Origin: Callorhinchus milii
Lineage: Eukaryota
DNA length: 64,000 nt
Reading direction: 5' to 3'
Assembly (NCBI RefSeq): GCF_018977255.1
Contig: NW_024704743.1
Span: 93,932,001-93,996,000 of the forward strand
Made by a program: the position numbers and the translations under genes. Below, in pieces: positions 26,432-38,700 of this stretch (positions are counted from its first letter, which is position 1; each line of letters opens with the position of its first letter). A model generated the notes under the pieces. The model saw only the letters and a program-made list of their open reading frames with translations, did no database searches and was not told the DNA's origin.

Positions 26432-27652
26432 CTTGAATACTAAGTCAAGGGGAAGGTGCAATTAATATTTTGTTGAACATTTTTATTTGCAAAGTTGGGT
26501 TTAACATTCCATCCCTGAGCAACGTTTAACACCAGAAAGATTTTAATTGCATCTACAACTGTCTCGGTGTGAGCGACAAACGATAACAGATTGAATAAAA
26601 GTATACATTCCAAAATTAATCATGTATTCATTTTTACCCCCCCAAAAATGTTAATTTGCAAAGATTCTGGGGTGAGATTTTAACAGACCAAATTACAACA
26701 ACAACAAATTGCATTTATTTAGCGCATTTCACGTAAGGAGGTTGTCCCAAGGTGCTGGATATTTGACGATTTGCACCCAAGATAACCAATTAGCTTACAT
26801 TTGCTTTACCTATTTTTGATGAGCAAGGCTCGCAGGACTGGGTTCAAGAGTTAAGAGTCGAAATGTGTTCTCTGAATCACATAGCAGATAAGTTTAGGAA
26901 AATAGATTTTTTTTAAAAAAAAAAGCTGATCAATACAATGCGAGACGTCATAATTAAATCCATATTAAAACAAGGTTTGCTAGAATATGTAAAAAAAATA
27001 AGAAAAAATCATTAAATGTATTATAACTTTGTTTTGTTTTGCCTTCCCACAAGTGTTGGTTCATATCAAACCTTGTGCTCAAATGTACTTTGCTGAGGTG
27101 GAAAATACTGAACTTGGGATGTCAGCCAATTCTATATTAAAAGCACAAAGAACGCATTTAACTATAAACAATAACTTATATAGTGCCCCTCACACAGGAT
27201 AGCATCCCGGAGGGCTTGACAGGGGTGGAGCACAACGCATGAACCTCAGACTTCTATGAAGTACAGCAACAACACCTTGCTTTTTACTTATTTTGTAACC
27301 TTCACATACACAGAGTCTTAGAGCACTTAACAGTTGTGGAACGATGCCAGCAGGAGACACAGGAGAGATGACTGTAGGCAAAGTCAAATGCAGGCAAAGA
27401 GGGGGCAAGGCGGAAGGAGTGAGGCAGAGTTCCAGAGTTTCAGGGTACAGTGGCTGAAAATATATCGCTGATGGTGGAGCGGAGGGGATGAGGATCATGC
27501 CAGGCACATTGGCATCCGTTTACAACATCTCAATGTTTCAATGTCAATTGTTTTTAATTTTTCAACAAGAAATGTTGCATTTTCAAAAATAAAAACCCAA
27601 ACAAAATTACCACCATAATCCCTACATGATCAATAGATCAGTAGTCCTGTAC

Positions 27653-27969
27653 TGGAGTCCTGTAGCTCAGTGGTTAGAGCACTCACTTTGCAAGTGAGAC
27701 ACCTGGGTTCAATTCCAGGCATGTCAGGGCGAAACCTTGGGCAAGTTTCCTTACTCCACACTCCTAATAATAATCCCTCCAAAACAAAACAATAATAAAT
27801 TGGTCATTTTCAATCCACGACTGTTTGTGAGACACTGCTGTGCGCAATTGGCTGCCGCGTTTTGCCCACAAATATACAGTCAATTCACTTTACAGCATAT
27901 TCTGTGAAGCGCTTTGGGACATCTAGAAGACGTGAAAAGCGCTACATCAAATGCAAGGATTATTATTAT
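27653..27969 (+). mobile_element. Same SINE family, full length
   Basis: TGGAGTCCTGTAGCTCAGTGG...(ATT)n. Confidence 0.9.
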
Positions 27970-28829
27970 AGCATTTTATACACTTCGCGGTGGGGGGAAA
28001 GAAGAGGAGTATAGTATTTCATTTTTAATTTAAAGTTTCCATGATTTGACAACTGCAGAAACCCTTCATTATCCTTCTCTAAACCAAAGTAGTTTTGTTT
28101 GAATACCCCAGGAAGTTCATCTCAGACCTCCTGCACCCATTTTAATTGACAAACAGCATAAAGAGTCAAAACAACCAAATCTTTAAATGACAATATTTGA
28201 TCCAGTTCCTTAGCTTTCCCCTTTATTTATTTATTCTTTCAGGTATTTACCCAATTCCCTTTTAAGTGATGTTATGGGCTCAGCCTCCAAAGTCATTTGA
28301 GTTCCTCAGACATCACAATTATTTTTTTTAAATTTAAAACCAGGTCTCCAAAGCTGGTGCAAATGGGGGTTTGATTACGAAAATGTCATCCCAGTGATTG
28401 AGATGAACACATTGCAGTTCCCATCTTAGCCCAAAGTAATGTGTTCCTGTAGTCTTAGCTCAACAACTCACAGCCACTGAGGACAGACAGACAGACAGAC
28501 AGACAGAGAGGGTAAAAAGTATTTGAGAGAGAAAACATGTGACCTGTTCCCCAGACTGGGAGGGCTCTGATAAAATATCTGATCAGAGGCCTACTCTCTA
28601 GGATTACATATATTATATATATTATATATATATATGATAGGTCAGACCTGCTCTCCCTTCTGTAGGACTATACACATAGAACTAAGTTAACGGATCAGCT
28701 CAACTTTATCATAAAAATGTCACCCCAGTGATTTGAGATGAACACATTGCAGTTCCCATCTTGAGACCAACAACTCACAGCCACTGAGGACAGTTACATA
28801 TAATATATAATACAATTATAAGGCCTGAC

Positions 28830-29060
28830 CTGCTGCCCCGCTGTGGGATCACTGTCCAGTGGCTGTGGGATCACTGTCCAGCGGCTGTGGGATCACTGTC
28901 CAGCGGCTGTGGGATCACTGGGGATCACTGTCCAGTGGCTGTGGGATCACTGTCCAGTGGCTGTGGGATCACTGTCCAGTGGCTGTGGGATCACTGGGGA
29001 TCACTGTCCAGTGGCTGTTTCCCGCGGAATCTGTCGCTGGTTCCGTTTTCCCGCCAATCC
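28830..29060 (-). other. MCM4: Putative non-coding first exon of MCM4
   Basis: Coding exon 1 has an acceptor just upstream of the ATG, so a UTR exon is needed. A donor CAG|GTCAGG sits at 28830/28829 next to the E2F-site cluster. The TSS is an estimate. Confidence 0.45.
28841..29017. repeat. 22-bp minisatellite (CTGTGGGATCACTGTCCAGTGG), ~7 units plus partial units
   Basis: Read directly. Confidence 0.95.
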
Positions 29061-29312
29061 CCGGGCGGGAGAGCCCATTCCGGGCCGCGGGGGGGGAGGG
29101 GCCGCCCGATCCCACCACTTGGGGTTTGCAGACCCTGGAAAAGGACAACACACGGCCCCGGGAGAGGGGCAGAGCACAGGCGGCGGCGGGAGGGCAGCGG
29201 AGGGCGTCCGCGCTCAGCAAAGTGGAGCATCGGAGCTGAGTGAAGGGAGAGTTGGAGTGTGTGTGTCCCCCCCTCCGGGGCCGTGTCAGCGGGTGGTGGA
29301 GTCCGGCCCCGG

Positions 29313-29592
29313 GGGGCATTGTGGGGCAGTGCGGGGCAGTGCCGGGGCTGGTGCGGGGCATTGTGGGGCAGTGCCGGGCATTGTGGGGCAGTGCCGGGGC
29401 TGGTGCGGGGCATTGTGGGGCAGTGCCTGGCATTGTGGGGCAGTGCGGGGCAGTGCCGGGGCTGGTGCTGGTGCGGGGCAGTGCCGGGGCTGGTGCTGGT
29501 GCGGGGCAGTGCCGGGGCTGGTGCTGGTGCCGGGCAGTGCGGGCAGTGCGGGGCTGGTGCTGGTGCCGGGCAGTGCGGGGCAGTGCGGGGCT
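29313..29592. repeat. G-rich minisatellite (GGGGCAGTGC / GGGGCTGGTGC / CATTGT variants)
   Basis: Read directly; many GGGG runs on the plus strand; followed by (CTGA)5 just before the PRKDC ATG. Confidence 0.95.
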
Positions 29593-29622
29593 GCCGCTGA
29601 CTGACTGACTGACTGACAGACG

Positions 29623-29788
29623 ATGGCGGGGCCCCGCGGCGCCGCCGCTGACACTCTCAGCGCCTTCAGCAAACTGCACCACCTGCTGTCGCTCAGCGAC
29701 GTCAAGAGCGCGGCCGCCGAGTCCCACAGCGCTGTGGGCAGCATCAGCCGCGACTTTAGGTGCAGCAGCAGCAGCGACAGCCAACTGG
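29623..29788 (+). CDS. PRKDC: PRKDC exon 1
   Basis: ATG GCG GGG...CAA CTG G|gtgggt; phase 1 joins exon 2. Confidence 0.85.
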
Positions 29789-32700
29789 GTGGGTATCTCG
29801 GCTCAGCACAGCTCTGCTCGGCTCAGCTCTGCACAGCTCGGCTCAGCTTTGCTCGGCACAGCTCTGCTCGGCACAGCTCGGCTCAGCTCTGCTCGGCTCA
29901 GCTCGGCTCGGCTCAGCTCGGCTCGGCTCAGCTTTGCTCGGCACAGCTCTGCTCGGCACAGCTCGGCTCAGCTTTGCTCGGCACAGCTCTGCTCGGCACA
30001 GCTCAGCACAGCTCTGCTCGGCACAGCTCGGCACAGCTCTGCTCGGCTCTGCTCGGCTCAGCTCTGCTCGGCACTGCTCGGCTCAGCTCGGCACAGCAAC
30101 ACCGCACACTGCCCCAGCGCCCCGTGTCTCTGCTGTGAAGTGCAGTGACTGTGTGGTCTGTGTGTGTGACAGAGACACAGGGAATAAATATACAGAGTTC
30201 ACTCAGGAGTGAGGTTACAGCTGGGAGGCAGTGTTGCTTCTTCGGGCCCTGTGTTTATGGTGTTGGTTCCAATGCGACGACCCCCTAAAGCACTCTCACT
30301 CTCAGAAGTGTTTGGGAAATGTTTGTTTGAAGGCGTCCTGTCCTGCAGTAAGATTTTTAAATAGTTTTCAGAAGTGCGTTGCCCGACGAATGCCCATATT
30401 CTCTAACTACAATTGTTTACAGCAATGAGACTGCAGTTCAGTTTATAATAATAATAATAATCTTTGCATTTGATATAGCGCTTTTCACGTCGGGAGGACG
30501 TCCCAAAGCGCTTCACAGAACACACTGTAAGGGGAATTGACTGTATATTTGTGGGCGAACGCGGCAGCCAATTGCGCACAGCAATGTCCCACAAACAGTC
30601 GTAGATTGAAAATGAACAATTTATTATTGTTTTGGTTTTTGGAGGGATTATTATTAGGCTCTGTGTGGAGTAAGGAAACTTGCCCAAAGTTTCACCCTCT
30701 GCCTGGAATTGAACTCAGGTCTCTCACTTGCAAAGCGAGTGCTCTAACCACTGAGCTACAGGATTCCACAATGTACCAATGTGGTTTCTGGGTGTTTTGC
30801 GGTGGGCACATAGCAACCACGTCACACATTGGGGGAAAAATTGGATTCAATACTGGATTCTTGAGCGCACACACATATATAAGTATTTATTACAAGAACT
30901 GAAACTTATCTGTAAAGGTATGTCCCCAAAATACACCCAACCTTCACTTCTTTTGCAAGGTAATGGTTGGGATACAAGTTTCCCAAGCTATATGCCTTAA
31001 TGTCTCTCGCAAGATTATGGTGAATACCTCTTGCCTTCAGTGACTCTGATTAACCTTAATCTCTAACCAATCTTGTTTGCTGTATCTCCACCGATATGTA
31101 GTATCTCCAATGCTAAATCAGCCTCAAGGAGGTTTGCTTCTGCCAAATAATTATTTTGCCCTCAACAACTCTGAACTATTATAAAGCACAACTTTGTCCA
31201 ATACTTTAACATTACTCTCATGTTTGAAGCGGCTGTATAATACACGTCTTGCACTCCCAGACAAGAGTACAAGAAAAGACTTTCTCAAAAGTGACCCTTG
31301 TTTCAGCCACAGAATATTCACTTTACAGTATATCCAAATCCCTGACTGTCCAGTGCCTTGGGATGTCCTGACATGAAAGGCGCTATACAAATGTACTTGT
31401 GTACTATATTGTATTTTGTGAAGCTCTTTGAGACATTTCAAACGACATGATAAGGCGCTATATCAAATGCAAGGATTATTATTCCTTCACTTCTGGCCTT
31501 CATTGTTTCTTACTCCACTGCCGAGTTTAAGTATGGATTCTGTTATGGCCATTGCTCCTAATTCTCTTTTGGTCAGGTCAAAGGTGTCCCATTTTTCTTC
31601 CTTGTCCTCCTTGCAACCTCACTGTTGAAATAAAATTGCATCAACTCATTAATTTCCAGATGGCATGTTGTAGAGCTTCTCGACTCCCTTGGTCTTCCCT
31701 CTAAAACTTGGTGCAATTTAACACAGCACATGAAGACACACAGAATATGGCAAAACAGTCAAAATCTGGAAAACAAAAATAACATTCACTTTATTTCCAT
31801 TACTAAGTTATTTTTTGAACAGTAGTTCAAAATGCATGTTTTTTAATGTACTATAAGGCACTATGTAATTACAAGTTGTCCGATATGACAGCAGCCTACT
31901 CCGATTGTACAAAGAGTCTGCCACGACACAACTTCACACATATGATTCCTCACTGATAAACCTCCAGATCCTGGATGGTCAGGAAAAGCACAACACTGAA
32001 TGAGGAGCGGACACTTTCTCAGTTGACTTGCAAAAATAAAAAACCTTATCTATTTCCCAATAAGACTGTTAATGTTACTATCAGAACACTATTGATACCA
32101 GGGATTACTTAAATTCTAGGTTAAAATTAAATTTAATTTCAGACTGGTACCAGTTGCTTGTGCTGTTACACTCTATTAAAAGGTTAAATGCCACAATAGG
32201 ATTCTCCCATCCTCTCCAGAAGGCACTGTGTTAATTGGGGAATTATACCGTGGCTGGTATCCGCTGCTATCTTGTCCAAGTGGCCAGTTTTCATGTGAGA
32301 AATTAGAGAATAAATGCCAGCGAGTTGTTCAGGAGGGTGGGGGGAGTGTTATAATGGATGCACATGAACTTGTCCTTGCCGAATACACACACACAGGGAT
32401 TACTGGATAGCAGTCAGGAGCAGGAACTACCTGGCTGTTACCTTGCTGAGAGACACTGGTGTCATTTGTAGTGGTGTCATTCCTATCTTGGCTGAGATGA
32501 GCTAATTCATCACAAGCTGAGCTTTGAACCTGGGACCCTCCCGATTTTGTGTAACTCAAGTTTCAAATTGGCCTGTGGCTCGATTAAATAAGGTATTATT
32601 ATTATTAGCGGAGGATGACTGTTAATTCTTTGTTGCAATTAGGTGATTAAGGAAGTGTGGCATTAAAATGTACAGTATCTTCATGTCATGCTCATGTGTC

Positions 32701-35700
32701 ACATTGTTGTTTGTATGCAGCTCTTCAGAGCTCAATGGTGTTCTCCAAAGATACTGGGCTCCTGGTTTTCCTAAGAAAATCACTTCGTTTTGAAGAAGTA
32801 AGTTGTGTCAGCAATATTGATTGTCTTTTAAAGTTGCATTTTTTAAAAAAAAATGGAATCTGTGACATTTATTAGAAAAATCGGTCATGTTTGTAACTCC
32901 AGTTTCGAGACAGCAGAGAAGACGTTCTGAAATTACTGTCCGAAGTCGTCGAAAGAATTGGCGAAGCAGTGGGACGATATGCCTGTGACATAAAGGTGAG
33001 GAATTTTGTAGTTACTTTCTAAATACACCTGAACATTTAGACTCTGAATGGAATGTGTGCAACATTTATAATGGACCAATGTAAAGGGGAAGCTGCCCTC
33101 CTCACTGCATCACTTTTAATCAGGTGAACTTGAGCTCCCCACACACACTCACACACGGTTTTAGCATTTTTACACAGATGCATGTGTTTGTTTATTGGCG
33201 TTGTTAAAGAATGAGTCATGTAATCATCTCCAGAATAATGTTAAAATGCTCCATTCAAAAATCCCAGAATATTCCTTAGATATCCCCAAAGAGTTATAGA
33301 TTGGGGGTTTGGGGGGGAACGAGGAACAAGAGGGAAGTGTGGATTGCATTTATACTGCACAGATTTTGAAATCACAATGCTGTCCAATGTAAAGTATATT
33401 GGTTGATGTGATATATTTCGAATAATAAAACAGAATGTCAAGTAATATCATATTTTGTAAAGCTTTCCTGCACTCAACTGTTTTCAAGAGCAGTTTGCAG
33501 TTATTTTTTGCCTTGCTATTGCAGAGTGTTTTGTTTCAAACAATTTTCTTTCCCACCTCCTTTCCTGATGGTGATAATTTCTGAAGTATAGTTTCCACAC
33601 GCATTCTTTAGGGGTGAGCCCACTAATCCAGTATTAGCAAATCAATTGACCATGGGAGAAACACAGCCCAGTCAGATTATGTCCTGACAAAACACGCAGT
33701 CACTGCACTTAGAGTATATCCCATCAAGCGCATTGGGACATCCTCCTGACTTGAAAGGCACTGTATCAAATGTAGGGATTATTATTTGGCATCCCCACGG
33801 GCACTATTTACAGCAGGAGACCCTGTAAGCCAATTAAGTCTGGGAACTCTGGCAGAGTTTTAAAAAAAAATTCCTCCTCCTGCTAGCCCAGGACGCTGAG
33901 GCAAGAAAAAAAATGTGTTTGTCTTTTTCTGAATTAATGAGGTGTCTGGATTTTGGAGGTCACCTCACCAAACATGTCGAGCCATATTTTGGGTGCTGCA
34001 ACATTAATCAAGAGTTTCTCCATGTGAAAGGCAAGGAACCACATCCTCGTGAGAAAAGAGCTAGATATCCTGCAGATCTTATCATTGAAAGGAAACCGAT
34101 TTCACCACATGAGTCACATACACATCAATCCCAGGTGATAGGACCACCAGTAGATGGAAATTGAAGTTCCTTCTGCTCTTCCCAATGAAATACTTCAGCT
34201 TCTTCCACAGTCATTTGCACCACAATGTGACAGCTTCACCTTTCACAAATCTGTTTGAGTGTTAGGGTCCAGTTTTATGTTGTTAACCCCAAACCCCATC
34301 CTTGCAGCAGGTGGGGAGAGGAGAATTTCATGCCATCCAATTAAGCTGTGGTGGAGTAAGGATGGTGTGCTTAACCCCTCTGTAATATTGCTACTTTTAC
34401 TGTTTACCAATACACTGAGTTTGTTTTTCATGTGGGATGGATATGATTTTTTAAACAAAAAAAGCACACTAGGATGAACATGCCTCTTTTATTTTCTTAG
34501 GGCACGTGTGTTGTCGTGTACACTAAAGAGAAGGCTGCAAAATGTAAGGCTGCTGCCTTGGATCTTCTTATTACGGTAGGATTTTCTTGTAGTTGCCTTT
34601 AATTGGGGGAATGATTCATTCATTTGTATGGTGTAGTGTCAAACTACTTCATTGTTGAGAGCTCCAAAGTGCTCCCCCGCCCAGTGAAGGGCTCTATATT
34701 AACAGTGAATGCTTAGTGAGAGCAATTGTTGTTCTTAATTGCCCATAAATGTTATGAGACAATTTTTGAAGGATTAGAAATCAAAGTTTAAGAACAAGAG
34801 GGTGGGCAAAGATCATAAAATGAGGCTGGGAAGTATACCGACAAATAATCACACTGGACCACAGATCTCATAAGGCTTGAAGAGTAATAATTTAACGTTT
34901 TGGTAAACCAGCCGGTTTATATCCCATTTGCATCTTCCCTGAAATCGGTACTCTTTTGATGACATTTAAATATGCAGTACGTTTAAAGTGTGTAAATTGT
35001 GAGGGTTTGTGAGTTTGGTAATTGATCCCGTGTATACACAGTGGAGTCTGTTAAGCACCATATGTAAACCAGGTATAAATCGTGAATAGATGAAAGTCCA
35101 ACAATTTTTTTCTGTGTAAGATGTGGAATTTTGCATTTTAAAAAAGTTTACTTTGCAATTAAATTGCAGTTACTGCACAGCAAATTGAGCTCCAGCTGTC
35201 TTCAACAATTCAAAATCGGAGAACTATTCAACAAATTCTATGGAGATTTGTCACAGAAGAGCAAATTCCCAGATACAGGTGTCTTTTCTTTGTTTGCTTT
35301 GAACAGCAAAAACCCCCTTCTCTGTGATTAATGTTTAAGCCTCCTGCTTGTCCCTCGCACTCTCTGCACACATTAGAGATTGCGCTTTCAGCCACTACGC
35401 CCTGAAACTCTGGAACACTCTCCCTCAATCCCTTTACCTATCGCCCTCTCTCCCCTTTTTCAAGTCCCGCTTGAAAACCTTCCTTTTCGCCCGTGCATAC
35501 GGTCACGCCACCCCGCCCACAGCTCAGAATCAGGCTCCACTATGAAGTGCTCTTAGACGCAACCCTACGTGGAGGGTGAATATAAGTGCAAGTTCTTGTT
35601 GTTGAAATTATGTCTTACAGTCTTGTTTCAAATTCCTTGTTTGGACAGTGTTGGAGAAGGTTTATGAGCTGCTGGGAGTTTTAGCGGAAGTCCAGCCTAC

Positions 35701-38700
35701 TGAGATGCTCCATAACTCAGAAAAACTTTTCTGTGCTTATTTAAATGAACTGAGAGTGCAGGTGAGTTCATATTTTCTCTCTCTTTTGTTTGGTACAAGA
35801 TATATATTTTGCCCCATCGTTTACCTTTCCTTACCATTCCTGTAAGTCCCGCAATATTTGGCTGAGGGTAGCAAAAAACTCATTCAAGATCTCATCAGAG
35901 AGAAAGTCTTCTGGGTTAGTTTGATGTACATGTGCTTCCCTGGAGCACATGTGTTTTACATCGTAAAGCTCCGAGACTCTACCCCGTGTGAAGGGCGCTA
36001 TATTTCACCCACAAAATATACAGTCAACTCACTTTTCACTATATTCTGTGAAGTGCTTTGAGACGTCTCGAAGACGTGATAAGGCACTGTATTAAATGCA
36101 AGGATCATTATATTATTTCAATAGCGAGTGTTGAGCAAGGGCAAGTAGTTGTTGTCATTTTAAAATCCCAGGGGGTTTTAAAAGAGGTAGCTTATGAGAC
36201 AGTGGAGGCCTTGTGTCTGATCTTCCAAAATTCCTTGGATTCTGGAACAGTCCCCATGGATTGGAAGATCGCAAATATCACCACTATTTAAAAAAGTTGG
36301 AAAGGAAAAGATGGGGAACTATAGGCCAGTTAGTCTCACATCAGTAATAGGAAAAATTTTAGAATCATTGATTAAGGATGTGGTAGTGCGGTATTTAGGG
36401 GAGCACAATATAATTAGGCCAAGTCAACATGGCTTTACAAAAGGGAAGTCATGTTTGACAAATTTCATAGAGTCTTTTGAGGATATTTCGAGTAAACTAG
36501 ATAAGGGTGAATCAGTGGATGTGGTCTATTTGGACTTCCAGAAGGCATTCGATAAGGTCCCGCATAAAAGGTTAGTCCAAAAGATAAGGGCCCATGGAAT
36601 TGGGGGGAGCATATTAACGTGGATTGGGGAATGGTTAACGGGTAGGAAACAAAGAGTAGGGATAAACAGGTCCTTTTCAGATTTACCATCTACATCAATG
36701 ATCTAGATGAGGACATCGAAGTTAATATATCTAAATTCGCGGATGACACAAAACTAGGAGGAAGTGGCAACACAGAGGATGACATTAAAAAAATGCAGTG
36801 AGACATAGATTGGTTAGGTGATTGGGCAGGTAGATGGCAGATGAAGTATGATGTAGGGAAGTGCAAAGTCAGCCACCTCGGTAGCAAAAACAGTAGAGCT
36901 GGTTATTTTTTAGAAGGGGAGAGATTGGAATGTGTTAGCGTCCAGAGGGACTTGGGTGTCCTTGTACACCAATCACAGAAAGTTAGTCTGCAGGTGCAGC
37001 AGCAGTTATGGAGGCGAACAGTATGTTAGCATTCATTATGAAAGGATTAGCGTATAAGAGTAGGGAAGTCTTGCTGCAACTGTATAGGGCCCTGGTGAGA
37101 TCACATCTGGAATACTGTGTGCAGTTTTGGTCTCCTTATTTAAGGAAGGATACTTGCCTTGGAGGGGGTGCAGCGTAGATTTACTAGGTTAGTACCAGGG
37201 ATGAGTCACGAGTCACGAGGATAGGCTGACCAATTTGGACCTATATTCTCTAGAATATAGAAGAATTAGAGGGGATCTTATAGAAACCTATAAGATCATC
37301 AAAGGGCATGATAGAGTAGATAGTGGGAGATTGTTTGCCCTGGTTGGAGAAACTAAAACCAGGGGTCACAACCTTAAAATCAGAGGCCAGCCCTTTCGCA
37401 CTGAGTTGAGAAAGAACTTCTTCACTCAAAGGGTGGTGAATGTATGGAACTCGCTACCCCAAAGGGCTGTTGACGCTCAGTCCTTGAACATATTCAAGAC
37501 TGAGATGGATAGATTTCTTATTGCAAAAGGTATTAAGGGATATGGGGATAAGGCAGGGTAAGGTTATTAGCTGGAGTTAGATTAGAAGATCAGCCATGAT
37601 TGAATGGCGGGGCAGGCTCAAAGGGCCGAATGGCCTACTCCTGCTCCTACATGTTACGTTATGTTAAATGCCCTTAAGGCTCTTGTTGCAGTGTGAAGCA
37701 CAAACCTCAGAAGCAGTTCCAGTTGTATTCGACTTCACTGTTGAGCGCATTTGCAGAGCCTGGCAGCTGGATGCACCTTGAGGTTGATTCTGTCGTCAGC
37801 GGCAAATTCACAGGATCAGGTGCAGGCAGCTATTCTGTGAACAGCAATACCCCAAACAGCAATGAAGTGACTGACCAAATTTATCTTCTAGAAACGAAGG
37901 CTTCAATTTGTTAATTTCTTATTCCACAGATGACCTCTGCCACAAGAGAGCCGAAATTCCTTGTGGTATCGGGGTGCCTTAGAGGGTTAACAGCACTCAT
38001 GATAAACTTCACAAAATCCATGGAAGAAGGTGAATTTCTGGTTTTGATCGCATTCAGTTATCAAATGTTTATCATGTCTCTTAATCTATTTATAACAAAA
38101 TAACAATCTGCAAATTTTGCTTTGCAGACCCAAAAGCTTCAAAGGATATTTTCGACTATGCATTGAAAGCCATTAATCCACAGGTGATTCTGAGTTGCTG
38201 GAAGCTTTGTGTAAAGATAACTTGTTAGAGGTGTGAGGTTTAAATAGAAGGTAGAGGAAGAGAAGGGAGATATTGGAACAGGAAGAAAATTATTGGGAAG
38301 TCATTTTTGATCTAAGGCCACATTTAGGTTGTACGTGGTGGAGCTTATAATATGACACTAACATGACACTATAGTCAAGTACATGGAGTTGATCATGTAA
38401 AATCAACATGACATCACGTGCAATAGAGAATAACTGAATAAGACACACCTTATTTCTCAAGCCCAATATTGAACATTTAATATTTGAGAGCACTTCATCT
38501 TAGTATTTTGGCGGATGGGCCTTCTGCCACTCTGCCCCCACCCTCTGGAATTCCATCCCGCAGTCCCTCTGCCTCGCCCCCTCCCATGCCCCCTTCAAGA
38601 CCCATCTCAAGACCCTCCTCTTCGACCATGCATTCGATCACCCTGCTTCCCCCATTCTCTCTCCACCCTCCCCGATCCCGACCCCCAGCTTTGTCAAAAG

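Larger units (their letters stand above)
28840..29800. promoter_or_regulatory. CpG island / MCM4-PRKDC bidirectional promoter with E2F sites
   Basis: GC- and CpG-rich. TTTCCCGC at 29018-29025 and 29047-29054 (second overlaps a CCAAT at 29054-29058), GGCGGGA at 29064. Lies between divergently oriented genes. Confidence 0.85.

Noticed and set aside
28380..28486. Possible H/ACA snoRNA on the minus strand (ends ACAttt, small hairpin)
   Set aside because: No convincing two-hairpin fold or H box; better explained as a local duplication.
28841..29017. CRISPR-like appearance of regularly spaced repeats
   Set aside because: Units are contiguous with no unique spacers, there are no cas genes, and the context is eukaryotic. 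It is a minisatellite.
28843..30212. Long overlapping ORFs (250+ aa) on both strands, including the 171-aa read-through of PRKDC exon 1
   Set aside because: They arise from stop-poor GC-rich tandem repeats. Only 29623-29788 splices in phase to PRKDC exon 2.
36311..37561. RT-like ORFs as a possible active or domesticated retroelement
   Set aside because: 5'-truncated, with stops, frameshifts and loss of the PQGSVLGP motif. The same applies to the other LINE relics.
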